Source: Promethearchaeota archaeon
GTDB taxonomy: Archaea > Asgardarchaeota > Lokiarchaeia > Sigyniarchaeales > SOKP01
Assembly (NCBI GenBank): GCA_011364925.1
Contig: RDOA01000026.1
Location: 1 to 47,969, forward strand
Length of the DNA: 47,969 nt
Direction of reading: 5' to 3'
Shown here: in pieces, positions 1 to 9,598 of the stretch
Layout of the letters: each line of letters starts with the position of its first letter
How positions within the stretch are numbered: the first letter of the stretch is position 1
Made by a program: the position numbers and the translations under genes
Notes under the pieces: generated by a model
The model's input: the letters and a program-made list of their open reading frames with translations, nothing else
Database searches by the model: none
What the model was told of the DNA's origin: nothing

Positions 1-33
1 TTTAATAAAAAAAATAATATTAATAATACTAAT

Positions 34-456
34 ATGGTCAAAAAAGATAAACGGAAACAGAAAAGGGTTAATATTAAAAAAGAACGTCAAAAAAGAATAA
101 GACAAACGAAAAAACTCCATCCTGATCAAGATTTTCAAATGGATAAAAAATCAACTAAAAAGATCGATATACGACTTGAAAAAGAAACAAAATTATATTG
201 GATACGAGCAATTACTGCTGTCGTAAGTGGTTTATTAGGAAGATTATTGTTTGGTATCTATGGTTTCTGGTTGTTTATTTGGATGTTATGTTTCTGGTTT
301 ATCCCTCCTTTTGTAATTAGTTTTTTTATCTTAAAATATAAATACGATAAAGAAGAATGGAATTGGAAAAATATCATAAAACCAGGGATAGGAATATATT
401 TCTTCTTATTTATGATTGTTACGATTATTACACATACCTTTCTCGCATTTCTTTAG
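34..456 (+). CDS. EMC6/Rab5ip-like three-TM membrane protein
   Basis: Basic N-terminal region, then YWIRAITAVVSGLLG...GIYG and a terminal TM GIGIYFFLF...ITHTF, a layout resembling EMC6. Confidence 0.55.
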   Translation: MVKKDKRKQKRVNIKKERQKRIRQTKKLHPDQDFQMDKKSTKKIDIRLEKETKLYWIRAITAVVSGLLGRLLFGIYGFWLFIWMLCFWFIPPFVISFFILKYKYDKEEWNWKNIIKPGIGIYFFLFMIVTIITHTFLAFL

Positions 457-460
457 CTAA

Positions 461-964
461 CTACAATTGAATTGTTTGCTTAATCTTTTTCTCAATTTTC
501 TCTTTAGAGCTAAAAACTATTTCATCTAACTTATAAATTCTATTACAATACACACATTGAATCTTTAATGGTTTTTCTTCAAGTACGTTGAATTCGGTTT
601 CTATAGGTTCTTCTGAATTGGAGATACAGGTTTTGTTTTGGCATAAAATTAACGATTTAATAATATTGGGGAGTTTGACCTTTTTCTTTTCAATAACTTT
701 ATAATCATCTATCAAAGAAATCTTGGCATTTGGAGACAGTATTGAAATCTGCTGCATTTGAATTGGATCAAGAAATTCACCCTCAATTTTAATAATATCC
801 TTTTTTTGATATTTTTTTGAGGAAACATTAACGCCAATCGTCATTAGGTTTGGAGATTCACCAAGTCCAGTTAAATTAAGGATAGTTAATGCGTATCCAC
901 TGTCAATATGGTCAATAACCGTTCCTTTTTTTATTTTGTCTATTTTTAATTTTTCTTCGCTCAT
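461..964 (-). CDS. pyrI: Aspartate carbamoyltransferase regulatory subunit
   Basis: IKKGTVIDHI, KKDIIKIE, Zn ligands CQNKTCIS and CVYC. Confidence 0.97.
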   Translation of the reverse strand: MSEEKLKIDKIKKGTVIDHIDSGYALTILNLTGLGESPNLMTIGVNVSSKKYQKKDIIKIEGEFLDPIQMQQISILSPNAKISLIDDYKVIEKKKVKLPNIIKSLILCQNKTCISNSEEPIETEFNVLEEKPLKIQCVYCNRIYKLDEIVFSSKEKIEKKIKQTIQL

Positions 965-1022
965 GTTCTTATTTATAAAACTCTCTTATTGAAAAATCTT
1001 GCGAATAAATGTTATCTGTTTC

Positions 1023-2105
1023 TTATGATAACAAGAATATTGATATTAAGAATATTATTGTAGATAATACAAAATTATAGGATAAGTTATCGTCAACATC
1101 TAAATCTAAAAAATCTAAAATCCCTATAACCAAAGCTCCTATTAGAGGAAGTAAAATTAAGATAAATAAATTAATTGCGTAAAATTGGCTCAAAAATACC
1201 AACGTAACAACTCCAGATATAAAAGCTACTAACATCCCACCAATTAAGCCCTCATATGTTTTTTTTGTGTTACGAATTCTGCTATGACCGAATGTTCGTC
1301 CAATTAAATTCGCAGCCATATCTCCAAAGATAGCCATTGTCATTGCCAAGCATATAGAAAATGGGCCTATTGGTTGAAATGGACCGTATAATAGGATTAT
1401 TGAAAAACATCCAATTCCCATTGATATATGTGGTCCCAATCTCATGTGACGTTCTTTTTTCCGAAGAATTCGATTAACTGACTTTAAAGGATATAGTTTT
1501 GGTTTTAATATTCTAAAAAAATCAGCAGTAAGTAAACCAATTAAAGATACACCAACCAAAGAAACTACTAGATATTGAGTAAAAATCATCTTGTTAGCTT
1601 CGATATTATATATGGAATAGAAAAAATCTGAGACTATACTCGGAAAAAAATCTAATACATAAATAAAAATGTTTTGAACTAGAAATCCAAGCGTAAAATA
1701 GAAAAAAACAATGCCTAAAACGACTAAATGAGTCAATTTACGATATATTTCGTATTTAAAGGGGAGTTCTTCTTTTATGTATGACTTATCATCTTCTATT
1801 GGTTTTTCTATTAGTCTATATATACGCTTTTCCCTACGAACTGAAAAGAAAAAATGAGGTAAGAAAATAGCGATGAAGAGTATCATAAATATATCAAAAG
1901 GAAAAATAATAAAATCTATATCTGTAATATTAAGGGAACTAATGCCTATATTAACAGATATGCTAGTAATTAGCACTATTGAATTTACTATGTTATTGAC
2001 AAACGCGCCTTTCTCGGATCTTTTTTTTGCTAATATTGCTATATAAAGGGATATTATCCCGTATAAATACAATAAACCAGCAATGATAATTGATAATAGA
2101 TCCAA
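1023..2105 (-). CDS. CTP-dependent polyprenol/diacylglycerol kinase family (dolichol/phytol kinase, Dgk1-like)
   Basis: Multi-TM; EIYRKLTH, GDMAANLIGRTFG, KKTYEG, DDNL motifs. Confidence 0.85.
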   Translation of the reverse strand: MDLLSIIIAGLLYLYGIISLYIAILAKKRSEKGAFVNNIVNSIVLITSISVNIGISSLNITDIDFIIFPFDIFMILFIAIFLPHFFFSVRREKRIYRLIEKPIEDDKSYIKEELPFKYEIYRKLTHLVVLGIVFFYFTLGFLVQNIFIYVLDFFPSIVSDFFYSIYNIEANKMIFTQYLVVSLVGVSLIGLLTADFFRILKPKLYPLKSVNRILRKKERHMRLGPHISMGIGCFSIILLYGPFQPIGPFSICLAMTMAIFGDMAANLIGRTFGHSRIRNTKKTYEGLIGGMLVAFISGVVTLVFLSQFYAINLFILILLPLIGALVIGILDFLDLDVDDNLSYNFVLSTIIFLISIFLLS

Positions 2106-2206
2106 AAATCAACCATCTCTTTATGTATCTTATAGATATTATCTCTAAAATTTAAAAATCTTTTTTAAAATTAATTATAATAAGAAAAAAAAAGTAATTT
2201 AAATTT

Positions 2207-3607
2207 CTAAAATCGCGTTTCATCCACTTCAGGCATATCAGATGCTGATAAGGCTTTTTGAATTTCTTCATTTGGCAACTCGTAATCTACTAAGTTACCA
2301 TCCATGTATTCTTTGTAGGCTAACAAATCGAAAAATCCGTGTCCGCTCAAACAGAATACAATATTTTTCTTTTCATTGTTTTCTTTAGCTAATAATGCTT
2401 GATCTATTGCTTCTTTTACTGCATGAGCCGTTTCAGGAGCAGGTATGATACCTTCTGTTTTTGCAAATATTAACCCTGATGAGATAACTTCAGTTTGATG
2501 ATGCATGATGGATGTCATTATTTTTTTATTAGATAAAATTGAAATTATTGGAGCCATTCCATGATAACGTAGTCCCCCAGCATGAATTGGACTTGGAATG
2601 AAATTATGACCAAGGGTGTGCATTTTTAAAATTGGAGCTTTTTTAGCTGAATCTCCGTAGTCCCATCTATAATTTCCTTTAGTAACGCTTGGACATGCTC
2701 TTGGTTCTACTCCTACGATTTCTAAATCTGGATTTACACCGTGCAGTTTATCTCGAGCGAAGGGAATCATAAATCCTCCTAAATTAGAACCGCCGCCCAT
2801 ACATCCGATTAATACATCGGGTTGAACTCCAATCTTATTTAGTTGAGCTTTAACTTCTTGTCCTATAATCGTTTGATGTAATAATACGAAATTAACAACG
2901 CTCCCTAAAGAATACCTTGCTGTATCACTTCTCAAGCTGTGTTCAACTGCTTCAGATATCGCTATTCCTAAACTTCCAGGATGGTTAGGATCACTTTCAT
3001 AATACGCTTTTCCCGAATCAGTGAGATTAGTGGGGCTCGCGTGAACTTGAGCGTTATATGCTTGCATTAATATTTTTCTTCCTGGTTTTTGAAGAAAACT
3101 AGCTCGCACCATATAGACCGTACAATTTATATCAAACATGCAGCATCCATATGATAAAGCAGAGCCCCACTGACCAGCACCAGTTTCAGTGATCAATTCA
3201 GTTACCCCATCTCTTTTAGAATAATAGGCTTGTGTCAAAGCTGTATTTGGTTTGTGCGAACCTGTTGGAGATACCGATTCATTTTTAAAGAAGATTTTAA
3301 TATCATCTCCAGATATTCCAAGTTCTTTCTCTAAGAAGTAAGCTCTGTGAAGCGGGGTTGGGCGATAAGTTTTCACAAAAATTTCCCGTAATTCATCAGG
3401 AATTGGAATTAAAGGTTCTTGAGAAACCTCTTGAAGTACACACTCTTTTGGAAATATAGCGAAAGCTAGTTCCGGAGGAGCTGGTTTTCCATCCATAGGA
3501 TTTATTAAGGGCGTCATAGGAGCAGGTAAATCAGGTACAATGTTAACCCATTCCTTTGGAATTTCGTTTGGTTCTAATAAAATTCTTGTTTTATTGAAGT
3601 CAATCAT
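2207..3607 (-). CDS. trpB2: Tryptophan synthase beta, type 2 (TrpB2), standalone
   Basis: PLP lysine motif GSHKPNTA, TETGAGQWGSAL, GGGSN, IHAGGLRYHG, PAPETAHA, SGHG. Confidence 0.95.
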   Translation of the reverse strand: MIDFNKTRILLEPNEIPKEWVNIVPDLPAPMTPLINPMDGKPAPPELAFAIFPKECVLQEVSQEPLIPIPDELREIFVKTYRPTPLHRAYFLEKELGISGDDIKIFFKNESVSPTGSHKPNTALTQAYYSKRDGVTELITETGAGQWGSALSYGCCMFDINCTVYMVRASFLQKPGRKILMQAYNAQVHASPTNLTDSGKAYYESDPNHPGSLGIAISEAVEHSLRSDTARYSLGSVVNFVLLHQTIIGQEVKAQLNKIGVQPDVLIGCMGGGSNLGGFMIPFARDKLHGVNPDLEIVGVEPRACPSVTKGNYRWDYGDSAKKAPILKMHTLGHNFIPSPIHAGGLRYHGMAPIISILSNKKIMTSIMHHQTEVISSGLIFAKTEGIIPAPETAHAVKEAIDQALLAKENNEKKNIVFCLSGHGFFDLLAYKEYMDGNLVDYELPNEEIQKALSASDMPEVDETRF

Positions 3608-3634
3608 TTTCTATTCCTTCTTTATATTAATGTT

Positions 3635-3778
3635 CATCTATTTTATAGATGTGTCATTTTAAGATTGGATTCCAATTATAATAATGCCCAATTGCAAACG
3701 CAATTGAAAATATGATGGTTTTTAATAAAAAGAGCTTAAAATTTGGTTTATCCTATGAAGAGCGTTTTTAGGAACGCC
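3635..3778 (-). promoter_or_regulatory. Structured trpB2 leader with several hairpins (putative attenuator)
   Basis: Inverted repeats GCGTT/AACGC (3762-3777), TCCTA/TAGGA (3751-3773), CAATTGC/GCAATTG (3689-3706), ATTGGA/TCCAAT (3664-3676), CATCTAT/ATAGATG (3635-3651). Confidence 0.55.
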
Positions 3779-3818
3779 AAGGCCACTGCCAACAGAAACA
3801 ATTATTTTCAGTAACCAT
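3768..3818 (-). CDS. Putative Trp-rich leader peptide MVTENNCFCWQWPWRS
   Basis: ATG at 3818 to TAA at 3768; three TGG among five consecutive codons; 160 nt upstream of trpB2 on the same strand. Confidence 0.7.
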   Translation of the reverse strand: MVTENNCFCWQWPWRS

Positions 3819-3898
3819 TGATTTAAACCAAGTTTTGATATAATGACATTTTATAATTAAAAACTTATAAAGTTAATCCTCTAGGATCTGATTATTAA

Positions 3899-4303
3899 TT
3901 ATTTTCGCTCAAATATACTGGCTAAATTTTTAGCAGCAACTCTCATAACTTTAACAGTCTTCATCAATGTATCAATAATAGTTCCTGCACATACAATTAC
4001 TAAACGTCCTGCGTTACTTACAATAATGTAACCATTCTCTGCTCTCACGATTATTTCGCTTAAATCTTCTTGAAATAGAGTTTTTATTGTAGAACTTCCT
4101 GTCATTAGAAGGGCGCTTGCGAGGCCGCAAAACTGATCTCCATCTACTTTATATTGAGGTAATGCTGAAAATGCGATCTGATAGCCTTCCAAACTTACAA
4201 GTGCTATGGCTTCAATATCCGCATTTGAAGTGATAAATGTAATTTGAGGACTAATTTTTTCAATTTCTTCGGGTCCAATTCCTAAATCTGTTCCGAATTC
4301 CAA
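3899..4303 (-). CDS. Roadblock/LC7 (MglB-like) domain protein
   Basis: IEAIALVSLEGYQIA, LSEIIVRAENGYIIV roadblock pattern. Confidence 0.9.
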   Translation of the reverse strand: MEFGTDLGIGPEEIEKISPQITFITSNADIEAIALVSLEGYQIAFSALPQYKVDGDQFCGLASALLMTGSSTIKTLFQEDLSEIIVRAENGYIIVSNAGRLVIVCAGTIIDTLMKTVKVMRVAAKNLASIFERK

Positions 4304-4523
4304 TACAAAATCACCTTCTACAGCTAGTTAGATCATTTGACATTTGAGATTATAATTAATATAATATTAATACTTTTTATTTCTTTATTTTTTTATCTTC
4401 TTTCTCTTTAATTAAGATTTTGAAAATAGTTGCTACTTAGTTACTTTAAAAAATTCTTTTGCTAAAAGTTAAAATAGATAATTTTTATTTTTTATAAAAA
4501 TGGAATTATAAAATTACAAAATC

Positions 4524-6830
4524 ATGATAACAACACGAGAGTCAATTAATTATCAATTTTCACTAATTTTTGGCTATTCTAGTCCTTCAGATTTAATAGT
4601 AGGTGATGTTGTAGGTCCAGGTAAGCTTACTAAAAAAAAAGTAAATGAGTTATCGCAAGAAGTAATTAAATATCTTAGGATGTACAACGCAATCTTAAGG
4701 GACTTCGCAGGGTCCGAAGTTTTCGCTATTGAATTTGAGTTATACAATTTTGATGAGAAAGATGCTATGACCAACATATATCCTAAATCCATGTTATTAG
4801 TCCCGGGAAGGTTTAAGGAATGTGAGAGTTTATTACTAGCGTTAAAGCCGGAGACAGGTTATCTTGATCCTCATAAATCTAGAGCTTCAGTAAATGAAAT
4901 TTGCAAACTGTTTTATGAGATAGAAGAGTTTACAACTCGCCCAGAATTAAACTCTGACAAGAAAGTTCAGGTTTTTGAGAAATTTGCTACGCGTTTTAGT
5001 AAAAAATTATACAGTGAGTTGATTGAGGACAAATGGAACAAGAAATTAATTGGCCTCAGTGTTTCTTTACCAACCGAAAAGGAATCGTTAACAACTTATG
5101 CATCAATTAGATCGGATGTTGATTTTCTATGGAATAAAAGGCCGATTGAAATTGTCTTTTCTAATCAAATATTTGAGCGATTGAAGTCGCCATATTCAGG
5201 AAAAGCTATGATTGATCATTTAAAATATGCGATTTCAGAGCCAAGTGCCAATTTTGTTGTTGAAAAAACCCTCACTTTAGGAACAAATCTTCTTAAATTA
5301 GCAAATACAGGGACAATTGACGAACTTCAAGTGGATATTATTTCCTATATCATCGCAAAAATAGAAGAACAATTAAGATTGATTAAGGATGTTTGCTCCG
5401 GTGAGGAGGTAATCTCAAAAATAATGCTTCTTTTGAATGATTTAGAAAATAATTTTAAGAGATTTTTGAGTGTTTCTAATAATTTTCTTACAACGGGTGA
5501 AATTGGTGATATTTCGGAGCTTCTAGCCAAATTCAATAGATATGTTATGGATATTGCCGGAGAAGATAAAGAAGTTTTTTTAAAGCTCAGCCAATTAGCA
5601 ATTAATTCAATTAGATTGTCAATTCATGGAGGGGAAACACTGAGATCTATTGAATTGACTTCCGTGATAAATTATTTTACTGAAATCGTTAGGAATAGTT
5701 TTATAATTATAAGGGAATCCTTCCCTCGGTATCTTTCAAATAGAAGATTAAAATCAATGGTTTATACATTTATAAGAAATTTGCAAAATAAGTTTGAAAA
5801 TGAACAAAAGCCCTCGAAGATATTGGGGAACAACTTGTTGAACAAGTTTGAACGGCATTTAAACTCCCAAATTGAAATAAATCCCATTATTCTGACGAAA
5901 ATGGGTAAGTATAACGAAGATGCGTTAAAAAGAGAGCTTAAAAAAATAATAAATGACAATGTTAAATCATTCTTCGGAGATATTAAGCTGAATATTAGTG
6001 ATTTGATAGCTTTTGCGGAAGTGCAAATGGAAAAAGACCCAAATATAATAAAATCTCATATAAAGAAATTTGAGGAATACTCCGGTGAATTAAAATACTT
6101 ATTGAGCTATATATTACGATTTTCTACTATTAACAGATTTTTAAAAGAAGAACCCGATATGGAAATAAAGGACCCCGTTACTTTTGCAAATAGATTTCAT
6201 CGGTTCTTAGAAAAGAGGTTAGGTGGAATTAATTTAACTTGGAAATCCTATATATTGGAGTGGATTAAAGATTACGCTAAAAATTTTTTCAATATAGAAG
6301 AAAAACGCGATTGGCAACTAGACGAGACATTTTTTGATTTCATTAAGTACCTTGAAGAACGTGAATCTATAGAACAGGAATCTGAAGCTTTCTCTGAATT
6401 TTTAGATAAATACATTCAAACTGTTGCTGAAAAAAACGAGAGAGAAAATTTAATAGATTTTTATAAACATTATGAATATTGTATAGGCATAAAAACAGAA
6501 TTTCCGAAATATGTTAAAAGTAAAGTAGAAACAGAAATTAGCTTATTTATTCCGGAGCAAGAAAACAAAACCCCGATAGATTATCTAATTAGTAGTGAGG
6601 GAGACACGTTCAAGGATTTTATTACAGAGAAGGAATTAAAATATTTTTCGAAGTTGATAGCAAGACCTGCCTCTTTGATTTTAAAACAGGATTTAACACC
6701 CGAAGAAGAGGAATTGTTTACTGCTAATCTATTCCAAGTTTTTGAATTCAAATATTGGCACAAAAATACCAAATATAATGTATCAGATAATTTTACGGAA
6801 GTATATAGAGAATGGCTAAAAAATTTGTGA
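4524..6830 (+). CDS. Large hypothetical protein, possible N-terminal longin-like domain plus helical body
   Basis: 768-aa ORF; no catalytic motif recognised. Confidence 0.6.
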   Translation: MITTRESINYQFSLIFGYSSPSDLIVGDVVGPGKLTKKKVNELSQEVIKYLRMYNAILRDFAGSEVFAIEFELYNFDEKDAMTNIYPKSMLLVPGRFKECESLLLALKPETGYLDPHKSRASVNEICKLFYEIEEFTTRPELNSDKKVQVFEKFATRFSKKLYSELIEDKWNKKLIGLSVSLPTEKESLTTYASIRSDVDFLWNKRPIEIVFSNQIFERLKSPYSGKAMIDHLKYAISEPSANFVVEKTLTLGTNLLKLANTGTIDELQVDIISYIIAKIEEQLRLIKDVCSGEEVISKIMLLLNDLENNFKRFLSVSNNFLTTGEIGDISELLAKFNRYVMDIAGEDKEVFLKLSQLAINSIRLSIHGGETLRSIELTSVINYFTEIVRNSFIIIRESFPRYLSNRRLKSMVYTFIRNLQNKFENEQKPSKILGNNLLNKFERHLNSQIEINPIILTKMGKYNEDALKRELKKIINDNVKSFFGDIKLNISDLIAFAEVQMEKDPNIIKSHIKKFEEYSGELKYLLSYILRFSTINRFLKEEPDMEIKDPVTFANRFHRFLEKRLGGINLTWKSYILEWIKDYAKNFFNIEEKRDWQLDETFFDFIKYLEERESIEQESEAFSEFLDKYIQTVAEKNERENLIDFYKHYEYCIGIKTEFPKYVKSKVETEISLFIPEQENKTPIDYLISSEGDTFKDFITEKELKYFSKLIARPASLILKQDLTPEEEELFTANLFQVFEFKYWHKNTKYNVSDNFTEVYREWLKNL

Positions 6831-9223
6831 TAAGAGGGATACAGAGAAAATCAACTGCTGTAGAAAGTACTTTTAGGTTCTTTCAAACTATTGATTTGAT
6901 CATATCTCATCTAAAAAGAAAAGGTGATAAAGAAATGATTTTTGAATTGATTCGTAATAATCCTAATCTACGATCGCTTTTAATTGCAACAGCAGCTGTT
7001 CACTTATATCATTACATGGGAATAAAGGTTCAAGAAACTTTGGATTCAAATAAATTTACTGATGACTCTACTCAACTTTTGGAGTTCAAAGAGAAGCAAA
7101 TATTAATGGAAGAAGTTGCCACTCTCCTAAAAAACTCGTTTGAATTAGAAAGAGGTATTTTCGATGAAATAATCGATCTTGAAAATTTATTTTTAACGCT
7201 TTTAATGGAAGAAAGGCTTGGAGATCTTCAAGAAGCTGAAAAGGTAAAAAAAGTCGGAGATATTGAAGATCAGATTGAATTTGGATTGTTAAATATCATC
7301 TCAAATTTTCCATCCTTTTACTTTTATGACTTTATTGGCGATCTAATCGGTTTGAATGATGAGATAAGAAAAGACATATTGGTAGAGGGTGCTGCATTAA
7401 AAAGTGTATCTGTAGAAATAGATAAAAAATTAGAACTTGAAGAGAAGGAAGATAAGTTTATTGAGGTTTTTACGCTAAATCGGGTGATCCAGGCAATGCA
7501 AAATCAGTTTGAATTTAAATCATACAAAGAATTGCAAGTTCAGACTATGTCAATAAGGATGATAAAAAAGAAAATTTTAGAGTACGAACTTAACAAATTC
7601 CCTATTTCTGTCTCTGGATTAAATAGATATATTGAAGGAAATAATTTAAAACGCGAAATTATTAAATATATTAGTAATGCTTTAGAGGAAAATCTTGATT
7701 TTGAAAAATTTGAAGAAAGGATTCTTTCAGATTTAAAGCAAGAAATTTCCAAGCAATTAAAGACAAATCCAAATGATCTTATTTATTTTCTTCAGAGTGT
7801 TTATGAATCGAGTTTTGAAGATGTAATTTTTTTGCTTAACAAGAGAGGAATTAAAGACACATTACATTTAATCAATATCGATTATGAGTTAGCAGAAAAT
7901 GTAAAAAAAACCATGATTAAATACAACATCAATAAACAAGACTTAATCTCGTTAAATGATAATAACAAAAATTTAATTAATCAAGCAAAAAAAGCTTTGT
8001 GTCATCTGAAATTTTCTTATCTTGATAAATTCGCGACAAAATCAGGAGATAACAGTGAATTTGATCTATTCAAAATTCTCTCTAGAAATGATAGTGAATT
8101 TAGTGAATTATGGGATATTCTAGAAAAGAAAACTGGATTTAAAATAAATAATTTGAGGGAATTCGTAAGTAAAAAGCAAAATATAGATAAAATATTTTTT
8201 CAAGAATTAAAATTAAGCAATTATTCTCAAATTCTACTTCTTATTGATTACGAAGAAATCTTTACTAACTTAGTAACTGATTTATTTTATAGCGTATTAG
8301 CCAAAGTCCTTAGACAATTAAGTAGAATCATTGAATTGTATGGTATAATTTCAAACGATAAAGCAATATTTTCAACCGCTTTAAAGAGAGCAGTTCCGTC
8401 GACAGAGATAGAAGATTGGAGTCAAATTAAGCTTGAAGAATTAAGTATTAAGCGTTTAATGAAAAGACAGAATGAATTAGTGGTTGTGTTTAATGCGATC
8501 AATCAGGTATTTTTAGTAAATGGGTTCATTTTATCACGTCTAACAAACAAATCTCTACAGGAAGGCGTTTTTGAATTAAAAAATAAGGAGAGTTATGTGT
8601 ATGAAGGTATTATTCCATTAAAGTTAAAAGCGGATTTAGTTTCACCGGTATCATACTGTATAGCTTATGATTTAATAAAACGATTTGAAGAGGTTGAAGA
8701 ATCTGAAAAAGACAAGGTTATTAGCACTGAAGCAGAAAAACAGAAAAAAGAGGATGACAAAAAGAAAGAATATCACAAAATACAACAGGAGAATCCATTT
8801 AATTGGATCGATCGTAAAATTACTTCTGCAATGATGGGAATTAATCGCCCGGGAATGAACCCTAGTCAATTCTATTGGGAGTCAAAAGATACGAAAATTG
8901 CAACAGAGCAAATAAAAATTCATAGTAGCCTTAAAGATAATCCTTTTGCTAGTTTTTGTGAATTCTATAATTTTGCAGTAGAGAAAATTAAATCGCACAT
9001 TGAAGGTATTGATTTACCCACTCAAGAAGAAATTGAGAAAGATGTTTCTAATTTTATAATTGAAGCTATGTCTGAAGGATTAGACCATCCGCAAAATCTT
9101 AAAGAAATCAAAGAATTGCTTGAAGGTGAAAGATACGATGTAGCAAACAAAATTGCGGAGAAAATCGGAACACTACTTAATAAAGCGCTTTATTTAAAAT
9201 TCAAACAAAAAAGGAAGAAATAA
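6812..9223 (+). CDS. Large alpha-helical hypothetical protein
   Basis: 803-aa ORF overlapping the upstream gene by 19 nt; charged coiled-coil-like stretch near the C-terminus. Confidence 0.6.
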   Translation: MAKKFVIRGIQRKSTAVESTFRFFQTIDLIISHLKRKGDKEMIFELIRNNPNLRSLLIATAAVHLYHYMGIKVQETLDSNKFTDDSTQLLEFKEKQILMEEVATLLKNSFELERGIFDEIIDLENLFLTLLMEERLGDLQEAEKVKKVGDIEDQIEFGLLNIISNFPSFYFYDFIGDLIGLNDEIRKDILVEGAALKSVSVEIDKKLELEEKEDKFIEVFTLNRVIQAMQNQFEFKSYKELQVQTMSIRMIKKKILEYELNKFPISVSGLNRYIEGNNLKREIIKYISNALEENLDFEKFEERILSDLKQEISKQLKTNPNDLIYFLQSVYESSFEDVIFLLNKRGIKDTLHLINIDYELAENVKKTMIKYNINKQDLISLNDNNKNLINQAKKALCHLKFSYLDKFATKSGDNSEFDLFKILSRNDSEFSELWDILEKKTGFKINNLREFVSKKQNIDKIFFQELKLSNYSQILLLIDYEEIFTNLVTDLFYSVLAKVLRQLSRIIELYGIISNDKAIFSTALKRAVPSTEIEDWSQIKLEELSIKRLMKRQNELVVVFNAINQVFLVNGFILSRLTNKSLQEGVFELKNKESYVYEGIIPLKLKADLVSPVSYCIAYDLIKRFEEVEESEKDKVISTEAEKQKKEDDKKKEYHKIQQENPFNWIDRKITSAMMGINRPGMNPSQFYWESKDTKIATEQIKIHSSLKDNPFASFCEFYNFAVEKIKSHIEGIDLPTQEEIEKDVSNFIIEAMSEGLDHPQNLKEIKELLEGERYDVANKIAEKIGTLLNKALYLKFKQKRKK

Positions 9224-9322
9224 CAAAACAGTTCGAGATAAAATAACAAAAATATTAAAATAATTATGATTTAACTTATTTACAGATTTTATTTCGGAAT
9301 ATCAACCCCAAATGATTAAATC

Positions 9323-9592
9323 ATGTCGGGAATAAAAACAGGCTTAGGATATATAAAAGATTCTTTTTCTCAAATTCTTAAAGGATTAATTCTTTGTATC
9401 CTCGCAACATCTGGTTTAGCATTTGCTATTCTGTTAAAACATTTAGGCTTTAATGGTAGTACCATCGCATCTGCTGGACTAATTCTAGAAACGATTGGAT
9501 TGGTTTTAAGTTACTTACTTCTTCGAAAGCATATTAAGCTTAAAGAAGAGGAGAATAGTAAACAACAAGAAAATAAAGGCAAATTCAAATAA
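9323..9592 (+). CDS. Small two-TM membrane protein
   Basis: Two hydrophobic segments and a charged tail. Confidence 0.6.
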   Translation: MSGIKTGLGYIKDSFSQILKGLILCILATSGLAFAILLKHLGFNGSTIASAGLILETIGLVLSYLLLRKHIKLKEEENSKQQENKGKFK

Positions 9593-9598
9593 GACAAT

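Noticed and set aside
3823-3849. Eight-codon ORF MSLYQNLV just upstream of the Trp-rich leader
   Set aside because: No informative codon bias and it probably overlaps the promoter; expected by chance
4574-8869. Short minus-strand ORFs (63-72 aa) inside the two large genes
   Set aside because: Antisense shadows of long coding frames
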